From: Fidelibacterota bacterium
GTDB lineage: Bacteria > Fidelibacterota > Marinisomatia > Marinisomatales > UBA1611
DNA length: 64,000 nucleotides
NCBI GenBank assembly: GCA_018649625.1
Contig: JABIHN010000040.1
Span: forward strand, 3,189 to 67,188
Reading direction: 5' to 3'
Shown here one piece after another: positions 57,907 to 64,000 of this stretch (position 1 is the first letter of the stretch; every line of letters starts with the position of its first letter). The notes under the pieces are model-generated. The model saw only the letters and a list, made by a program, of their open reading frames with translations. It was not told the DNA's origin and ran no database searches. The translations under genes were made by a program, and so were the position numbers.

Positions 57907-58515
57907 ATGAATAAAAAATATATAATTGGTTTGGTTACAATAATTGCTGTTGTTTTTGCTACAACAATGATGAGCAATCCATCTGAAAAAGGGTGGGAAT
58001 CATTATTCAACGGTAAAGATCTTACGGGCTGGCGTGCCAGTGAAAATGGTGATTTCCGTGTAGAAGATGGCGCCATAGTTGTTCGGGGAAATCGAGCTCA
58101 TTTATTTTCTGATCGAGAATTCACAAATTTTGAATTTAAATGTGAAATAATGACAAGTCCCAACAGTAATTCAGGCTTGTATTTTCATACACAATATGAA
58201 GAATCCTGGCCCAGTCGTGGATACGAAGTGCAGGTAAATACATCCCATGGCGATCCCGTGAAAAATGGAAGTCTTTGGGGTGTGGTTAGATCATTTGAAC
58301 CAATGGCAAAAGATAATGAATGGTTTACTTTGAGCCTAAAAGTCGAAGGCAAACATGTGGTGACCAAAGTTAACAGCAACGTTGTAGTGGATTATAATGA
58401 ATTGGAAGGTGTGACGGCGGGCCGAAGAATTGATAAGGGATCTTTTGCTATTCAAGCCCACGACCCAAAAAGTATGGTGCGATATAGAAATATTATGGTT
58501 AGGGAGCTGGATTAA
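57907..58515 (+). CDS. DUF1080 (3-keto-disaccharide-hydrolase-like) domain protein, membrane-anchored or secreted
   Basis: N-terminal hydrophobic helix. Pattern GWESLFNGKDLTGW..S..G.F.VEDGAIV...EFTNFEFKCE...NSNSGLYF....GYEVQV...NGSLWG...EWFTLSLKVEGK....VN......GSFAIQAHDP.S.VRYRNI.V. Confidence 0.85.
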   Translation: MNKKYIIGLVTIIAVVFATTMMSNPSEKGWESLFNGKDLTGWRASENGDFRVEDGAIVVRGNRAHLFSDREFTNFEFKCEIMTSPNSNSGLYFHTQYEESWPSRGYEVQVNTSHGDPVKNGSLWGVVRSFEPMAKDNEWFTLSLKVEGKHVVTKVNSNVVVDYNELEGVTAGRRIDKGSFAIQAHDPKSMVRYRNIMVRELD

Positions 58516-58518
58516 TTC

Positions 58519-60033
58519 ATGTGGGTATTCACCAAAACTTTATTGTTATTCGTTATTGGGCTTATTGGGTTTTCTTGCGCTCCGGAACTATATGTAGAAA
58601 TTGAAGCAGATCAACGCATGGGTGATTGGGCAGGAACTCGAATAAATAAAGAAGGTAGAGAAGTACCCATGGCAGCTCAATTGATCGCTTATAAAAATGG
58701 TCGGTTTACGGCAAACCTTTTAACAGAGTTCGATAAAAAAGATAATCATTTGGCCACCATCAGTGGTAAGGTAAAAGGAAATGAGATTCAGCTCATTGGT
58801 TCCTACAAATATGGATCACGGTGGAAAGGCATTGTGACAGATTCATCTTTCAATGGTACATATCATGGACAGAGTCATGGCACATTTGCCTTGAAGAGAG
58901 TAACCCGATTATCTCCAAATTTGGGAAAAGAAGCACCAGAAGGAGCTATTGTATTATTTAATGGTTCCAATTTGGATGCATGGACCCACGAATCCAGTGT
59001 TCCTGGTTATATTGATTTATCCAAACATGTAGGCGGGAGTGAATGCGCTGAATACTTAAAAGCTAAAGTTTGGTCCTATATAGATCAAGACGCTATTTTA
59101 GAATTGGGAAGTAATGATGGTATTGCAGGCTGGTTGAATGGTGAAAAAATCATTTCTGAAAATGTATTAAGACGAGCAAGTGCTGGGGAAGAAGCGGTTA
59201 GAGTTTCACTTAAATCCGGATGGAATCAATTCTTAATGAAAATTGTGAATGCAGGTGGCGGTTGGGGTATGTTTGCTCGGTTGACAGATGATGATGGCAA
59301 TCCATTAAGTACTATTTCTGAATATGTGGATGGTGTTCAATCAAGAGATTTTCTGACTAAAAATGATAATTATTTAACACTTTGGGATATGGCTGGTCCT
59401 TATAGAATTAAAGGAAAAAATGGTCGAGAAATTTTCGACCATCCATTTCCACCGGAAAAAAATGATTCAAATGTAGAATGGACAAAATTAGATATTCATA
59501 AATTAGGTGATGCCGCTCAATGGATTATAAAAAATGAAGCAGTTGAAATAAAACCGGGTACATCGGGAATGCTCACGCGACAGAAATTCAGAAACTTCAC
59601 ATTACATATTGAATTTCGCTTACCCTTCATGCCAAATTCGAATGGGCAAGGCCGTGGAAATAGTGGTGTTTATCTTCAAGGTCGGTATGAAGTTCAAGTT
59701 TTAGATAGTTATGGCTTGGAAGGCAAGGATAATGAATGCGGTGGTATCTATAAAGTGGGTGCGCCGGCAGTGAATATGTGTGCGCCACCTATGCAATGGC
59801 AATCCTATGATATTGATTTTACTGCACCAATATTTAATAAAACCGGAAAAAAGATTATCGATGCTCGAGTAACCGTGAATCATAATGGAGTGATTATTCA
59901 TGATAATGTTGTTATTCCAAAACCTACGGGTGGAGCTGTAAATATGAATACAGATAAACCGGGCGTTTTATTGTTGCAAGATCATGGGAATCCTGTGCAA
60001 TATAGAAATATTTGGATTGTTGAAAATAATTAA
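58519..60033 (+). CDS. Lipoprotein with unassigned N-domain and a DUF1080 domain interrupted by a copy of the recurrent module
   Basis: Lipobox LIGFSC. The first DUF1080 strand LFNGSNLDAW (aa ~146-155) is separated from the rest (WIIKNEAVEIKPG..FRNFTLHIEFR..GNSGVYLQGRYEVQVLD..GGIYK..WQSYDIDF...VNHNGV...LLLQDHGNPVQYRNIWI) by AILELGSNDGIAGWLNG...GGGWGMFARL plus YLTLWDMAGPY. Confidence 0.7.
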   Translation: MWVFTKTLLLFVIGLIGFSCAPELYVEIEADQRMGDWAGTRINKEGREVPMAAQLIAYKNGRFTANLLTEFDKKDNHLATISGKVKGNEIQLIGSYKYGSRWKGIVTDSSFNGTYHGQSHGTFALKRVTRLSPNLGKEAPEGAIVLFNGSNLDAWTHESSVPGYIDLSKHVGGSECAEYLKAKVWSYIDQDAILELGSNDGIAGWLNGEKIISENVLRRASAGEEAVRVSLKSGWNQFLMKIVNAGGGWGMFARLTDDDGNPLSTISEYVDGVQSRDFLTKNDNYLTLWDMAGPYRIKGKNGREIFDHPFPPEKNDSNVEWTKLDIHKLGDAAQWIIKNEAVEIKPGTSGMLTRQKFRNFTLHIEFRLPFMPNSNGQGRGNSGVYLQGRYEVQVLDSYGLEGKDNECGGIYKVGAPAVNMCAPPMQWQSYDIDFTAPIFNKTGKKIIDARVTVNHNGVIIHDNVVIPKPTGGAVNMNTDKPGVLLLQDHGNPVQYRNIWIVENN

Positions 60034-60053
60034 CCTACGAAAAAGGGAAAACT

Positions 60054-61394
60054 ATGAAGAAAAATATTAAAACTATTAACCGTAGAGATTTTATTAAAAA
60101 ATCCACTGCAGTAGCGGCAGCATTTACCATTGTTCCACGATATGTGTTAGGTGGAACGGGATTTATTGCGCCCAGCGATAAATTGAATATTGCTTGTGTG
60201 GGCGTGGGTGGAAAAGGGTATTCTGATACACACGGTGTAGCGTCTGAAAATATTGTTGCCTTATGTGATGTGGACGAATTGAAAGCCGCTAAAACATTTA
60301 ATGATTTTCCAAATGCTAAACGATACACAGATTTTCGTGTCATGTTGGAAAAAGAAAAAAACATTGATGCTGTCACTGTATCTACTCCAGACCACAATCA
60401 TGCAGTCGTTGCTATGGCAGCCATGGATTTAGGTAAACATGTTTATGTGCAAAAACCATTAACCCATACGGTTCATGAAGCGCGGATGTTGGCGAAAAAA
60501 GCTAAAGAAATGGGTGTGGTCACCCAGATGGGTAATCAAGGTCATGCAGGTGAAGGCGGACGTTTAATTAATGAATGGATTTGGGATGGAGCCATTGGCG
60601 ATGTAACGGAAGTTCATGTATGGACAAATCGTCCAGTATGGCCGCAAGGTATTGGAAGGCCGGGAACATTACCATCCGTACCGAAAACGTTAGATTGGAA
60701 TCAATGGTTAGGACCTGCAAAATGGCGACCTTATCATCCGGCTTATGTACCTTTTGCATGGCGTGGTTGGTTGGATTATGGTACAGGTGCTTTAGGTGAT
60801 ATGGGTGCGCATTTAATTGATCATCCATATTGGGCATTGAAAATGGAATATCCTGATACAGTGCAAGCGAGTTCAAGCCCAATTAATGATGAAACATATC
60901 CAAATGCATCCATGGTAACCTATGAATTTCCAGCTCGGGAAGGGATGGTACCGGTCAAAATGATTTGGTACGACGGTGGACTTATGCCACCAAGACCCAA
61001 AGAGTTAGAAGCAGGCCGAAGAATGGGAGATGGCGGCGGCGGTGTTTTATTCTATGGTACTAAAGGGAAAATGATGTGTTCGACCTATGGTGGTAATCCA
61101 CGCATTATTCCAGAAACAGCGATGAAAGCATATCAACGACCCAAGAAAACAATTCCACGTTCTCCGGGGATTCGGGAAGAATGGATTGAAGCAATCAAGG
61201 GTGGCTCTCCCACAACATCTCATTTTGGCTATGCATCCAAATTGACAGAAACTATGTTGTTGGGTTGTATCGCATTGCGTGTGAAAGACAATAATATGAT
61301 TTTAGAATGGGACGGAAAAAAGGGTCAGTTTACTAATTACGATGAAGCGAATGCTTTTATTCATAAAGAATATCGAGACGGTTGGACATTATAA
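60054..61394 (+). CDS. Tat-exported Gfo/Idh/MocA-family oxidoreductase (paralog of 56489-57886)
   Basis: Tat signal INRRDFIKKSTAVAAAFTIVP; motifs IACVGVGGKG, VSTPDHNH, VQKPLTH, MGNQGHAGEG. Colinear with 56489-57886 along its whole length. Confidence 0.85.
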   Translation: MKKNIKTINRRDFIKKSTAVAAAFTIVPRYVLGGTGFIAPSDKLNIACVGVGGKGYSDTHGVASENIVALCDVDELKAAKTFNDFPNAKRYTDFRVMLEKEKNIDAVTVSTPDHNHAVVAMAAMDLGKHVYVQKPLTHTVHEARMLAKKAKEMGVVTQMGNQGHAGEGGRLINEWIWDGAIGDVTEVHVWTNRPVWPQGIGRPGTLPSVPKTLDWNQWLGPAKWRPYHPAYVPFAWRGWLDYGTGALGDMGAHLIDHPYWALKMEYPDTVQASSSPINDETYPNASMVTYEFPAREGMVPVKMIWYDGGLMPPRPKELEAGRRMGDGGGGVLFYGTKGKMMCSTYGGNPRIIPETAMKAYQRPKKTIPRSPGIREEWIEAIKGGSPTTSHFGYASKLTETMLLGCIALRVKDNNMILEWDGKKGQFTNYDEANAFIHKEYRDGWTL

Positions 61395-61452
61395 GGAAAC
61401 CACTGATGGGTAACTTAATAACCTAAACATTAATTGATTTGTGCAGAGATTT

Positions 61453-62757
61453 ATGATATATAAGACAGTTATCGTTACTATTTCATTAATTGGGTTCATA
61501 TTAGCCCAACCAAACCAATGGGAACTTGCAAATGGTACTGAAGGTATTTATATCAACGATATAGATATTTTTCACCAAAACCCTGACACAGTGTATGCCA
61601 CTGGTAATCAGTTTTTAATTAGCACAGACAGAGGAGAAAATTGGGTTAGTGTTTCAGGAATGGCTTTTTCATCGGTTATTGAAGTTGACCCGTTTGATTC
61701 AAAAAGGATTTATTTAAGTCATAATGTTCTTCCTTCAGATGGAAATGAGGTTTTAATAACCGCGGATGGCGGAATTAACTGGGATACTATATTTGAAGAA
61801 TACGGCTGGCCTGATTTACCTATAGTAGAAACTGACCCAGGCGATCTAAATACAATTTATATTGATGTAGTACCCAACACATTTTATAGAAGTTCCGATC
61901 AGGGAAATACTTGGGATAGTATTCCTTCTCCTAATGCATCTGGTTTAACATCACTCGCTATTGCACCATCCAATATAAATATTCTCTATGCAGCGTATTT
62001 TGGTCCAAATTATATATATAAAAGCACAGATCGCAGCCAAACATGGAGTCAACTACCGTTTCCGTCTATGTACGGTGGTGTGCTTGTTCTTGCAGTAGAT
62101 CCAGATACTCCCGATATCGTTTATACAACAATGTCTGCAGGGGAATCACGAGGGGTGTATAAATCAATTGATGGTGGCCAAAATTGGGAACTGAAGAATA
62201 ATGGAATAGAAAATTTGGATGGTTATGATTGGATACAAACTATTGTTATAAACCCCAAAGAGTCAGAGACACTTTATTTGGGAGTAACAAGCTCTTATAC
62301 AAATGATCAAAATCCAATGCTTTATGAATCGAATGATGGTGCAAATAGTTGGCATTCATTTTCTGTTGGAATGCCTGAATATGGTACAGTTCAGACATTA
62401 TCGGTAGATACAATGAATAGTAGAATGTATGCAGGGGCCAGAAATGGAATATATACCCTTGATTTTGAACTTTCTGTTGATGAATACGATTTTCAAATTC
62501 CAATATTAATTTCACTCAAGCAAAATTATCCAAATCCGTTTAATTCTTCAACAAAGATTGCTTACAGTTTGTCTAAAAATTCATTTGTTAAATTGACCGT
62601 ATTTGATATTTCCGGTAAAAAAATTAAGAGATTAGTTAATGAAATAAAAAACACTGGAGAACATTCAGTAATGTGGGACGGAACAGATTTAAATAATAAA
62701 TCCGTTCCATCTGGAGTTTATTTTTATGTTTTGAAAAATGATCAGGGTTTATTTTGA
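61453..62757 (+). CDS. Secreted BNR/Asp-box beta-propeller protein with T9SS-type C-terminal sorting domain cut short by an in-frame TGA
   Basis: ATG at 61453 preferred over GTG at 61441. Asp-boxes STDRGENW, TADGGINW, SSDQGNTW, STDRSQTW, SIDGGQNW, SNDGANSW. CTD sequence LKQNYPNPFNSSTKIAYSL...SGVYFYVLKNDQGLF, then TGA. The canonical end KKMILLK-TAG follows in the same frame (62758-62781). Confidence 0.7.
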   Translation: MIYKTVIVTISLIGFILAQPNQWELANGTEGIYINDIDIFHQNPDTVYATGNQFLISTDRGENWVSVSGMAFSSVIEVDPFDSKRIYLSHNVLPSDGNEVLITADGGINWDTIFEEYGWPDLPIVETDPGDLNTIYIDVVPNTFYRSSDQGNTWDSIPSPNASGLTSLAIAPSNINILYAAYFGPNYIYKSTDRSQTWSQLPFPSMYGGVLVLAVDPDTPDIVYTTMSAGESRGVYKSIDGGQNWELKNNGIENLDGYDWIQTIVINPKESETLYLGVTSSYTNDQNPMLYESNDGANSWHSFSVGMPEYGTVQTLSVDTMNSRMYAGARNGIYTLDFELSVDEYDFQIPILISLKQNYPNPFNSSTKIAYSLSKNSFVKLTVFDISGKKIKRLVNEIKNTGEHSVMWDGTDLNNKSVPSGVYFYVLKNDQGLF

Positions 62758-62791
62758 AAAAAAATGATTCTGCTAAAATAGGAAACTAAAA

Positions 62792-64000
62792 ATGAAAATG
62801 ACAACTCAAATAACAACAACTCTATTCATAATGTGTGTTCTAAATGCGCAAACCATAACAATCACCGGAACCGTGAATGATAAAATCGGGAATCCTGTTG
62901 AAGAAGTAAGCGTATCGTATTTATGTGATGGAACGGATATTATTACTCCGGTTCAGACAGATAGCACGGGATACTTTGAATTTACTTTTGAGCAATTAGG
63001 CATTGACGATAACACTTTACCCAATTCCATCAACTTGGGAGCAAACTATCCCAATCCGTTTAACCCGGGAACAGTTATTCCATTAAGCACAAACAAACCG
63101 GGACTTTTTCTAATTCACGATTTATTGGGAAGACAGATTCAATCCATTGCCATAAAGGTTGTAGGTGATTTTAAGATAACATGGGGTGGAAAACTCAATA
63201 GTGGTCTTCCTGCTCCCGCAGGGATTTACTTTTATTCATTCCAAACAGATGAAAATAGATTAACAGGAAAAATGATACTCATGGATGGCGGTGGAAATAC
63301 CGGACTTTCTATTTCCGGGAGTACGGGTGTAACCCAGCAAAGGCAAACAAGAAGAAATACTGAATGTGAAAATCATACAATTACTTTTACTGCCGACCAT
63401 ATTACAGATTTTGAAATTGACTTGGGCGAAATTGGATACACGGAAGATACAAATATAACCCAAGAAGTGAATCGGGGGCCTTATTGGTTATTTGATTTAC
63501 CTAATCCATATTTACCAGAGGGTGATACTTTAATTCTAAACCTGAATGAATATGTTTATGATGATGGGCAATCGTTATATCAGATAAGCAATACACAGTA
63601 TTTTCAGATTGTTCAGGATACAATCTTATGGTGTGTTGTTTTGGATAGTATTATTGTTTCAGATATTCTTGCAAATGATGATGAGGATACTGAATTGAGT
63701 ATCGGAAGTTTCATTCAGGTTCAAATGGATAATACGCATATCTTTTTTATTACGGATGGAGATCCAAAAGGTATTTATGTGTTAAACCCCTATACAATGA
63801 CTTATGTGGATAGCTTCATGACACAAGACACGATAAGTTATAGAGACATAATTCCAAATGAAGTAGGTGATACTTGGTATGCAATAAGAAACATACACCA
63901 TCCAGGTCAAAATATAGTTGATACTCATATTGATTGGATTGATGTTGAAACTAAAGAAGTTTTTCAAACTATCGAAGGTAGTAATAAGAATATGTCACTT
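62792..64000 (+). CDS. ORF absent from the supplied track, open to the window end: CarboxypepD_reg-like domain + internal T9SS-CTD-like domain + unassigned extension
   Basis: I translated this by hand: ATG at 62792 (AGGAAA SD-like motif upstream), 403 codons with no stop through base 64000. Signal MKMTTQITTTLFIMCVLNAQ; TITITGTVNDKIGNPVEEVSV...TDSTGYFEF; then ANYPNPFNPGTVIPL....AGIYFYSFQTDENRLTGKMILM (63041-63283), continuing DGGGNTGLSISG... Confidence 0.65.
   Translation, partial: MKMTTQITTTLFIMCVLNAQTITITGTVNDKIGNPVEEVSVSYLCDGTDIITPVQTDSTGYFEFTFEQLGIDDNTLPNSINLGANYPNPFNPGTVIPLSTNKPGLFLIHDLLGRQIQSIAIKVVGDFKITWGGKLNSGLPAPAGIYFYSFQTDENRLTGKMILMDGGGNTGLSISGSTGVTQQRQTRRNTECENHTITFTADHITDFEIDLGEIGYTEDTNITQEVNRGPYWLFDLPNPYLPEGDTLILNLNEYVYDDGQSLYQISNTQYFQIVQDTILWCVVLDSIIVSDILANDDEDTELSIGSFIQVQMDNTHIFFITDGDPKGIYVLNPYTMTYVDSFMTQDTISYRDIIPNEVGDTWYAIRNIHHPGQNIVDTHIDWIDVETKEVFQTIEGSNKNMSL

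Noticed and set aside
62755-62757. Genome-wide reassignment of TGA (for example to Gly or Trp) as the explanation for the in-frame TGA in the T9SS domain.
   Set aside because: TGA ends well-conserved genes at their expected C-termini: GH20 at 24380-24382, the DapA-like gene at 8534-8536 and the GFO gene at 1585-1587. A local mutation, a sequencing error or read-through is more likely.
63260-63967. Minus-strand ORFs 63260-63463 and 63782-63967 from the track.
   Set aside because: Both lie inside the long plus-strand frame 62792-64000. That frame has a signal peptide and recognisable CarboxypepD_reg-like and CTD-like domains.
1-64000. Looked for rRNA, tRNA, CRISPR arrays (regularly spaced direct repeats), prophage or defence-system gene sets, SusC/SusD pairs, TonB-dependent receptors and transcription regulators.
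   Set aside because: I saw no periodic repeat array and no cloverleaf-like or rRNA-like conserved stretches. All large ORFs are accounted for by enzyme, scaffold or transporter calls. Absence is judged by eye only; tRNAscan-SE, Infernal or CRISPR finders could still overturn it.

Overview
AT-rich 64 kb window from an uncultured-looking bacterium. T9SS-type C-terminal sorting domains, many lipobox and Tat signals, and GGA-type Shine-Dalgarno motifs suggest an FCB-superphylum-like lineage, but that taxonomic guess is low confidence. Coding density is very high and almost all genes concern envelope-located glycan processing. I saw no rRNA, tRNA, CRISPR array, transcription regulator, TonB-dependent receptor or SusC/SusD pair. 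Left part (1-12.5 kb): a Gfo/Idh/MocA oxidoreductase and a TIM-barrel+DUF1080 fusion. Then heptose-nucleotide genes (hldC, hldD), interrupted by a REP-associated tyrosine transposase (RAYT) flanked by ~113-nt direct repeats and by a very AT-rich two-gene islet. After these come an RfaE-like kinase-HAD fusion coupled to a DapA-family aldolase, and a GH38 alpha-mannosidase. Centre (12.5-48.3 kb): 22 genes, all on the minus strand. They include GH3, GH20, GH28, a BNR propeller, a sialate O-acetylesterase, a beta-helix protein, two EEP phosphoesterases, an FAD oxidoreductase, two large proteins of unknown function and an aldehyde/transport cassette. The most unusual part is a translationally overlapped triplet: DUF1080-HEAT protein / Tat-exported Gfo/Idh/MocA dehydrogenase / ThuA-HEAT protein. 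Right part (48.4-64 kb, plus strand): a purple-acid-phosphatase-like enzyme, a cytoplasmic GFO + TIM-barrel + MFS + AGE-epimerase set, and a tandem periplasmic cassette Tat-GFO / DUF1080 / DUF1080-with-insert / Tat-GFO. The last two genes are T9SS-domain proteins with anomalous domain ends. Main hunt results: (1) a candidate oxidative (3-keto-type) glycoside-processing system spread over the window; (2) a ~150-aa module (GSNDGIK.WLNG...GGGWG.CAR.RR) carried by four different redox or DUF1080 proteins; (3) two intergenic repeat families and a RAYT unit; (4) an ORF missing from the supplied track (62792 to the window end).
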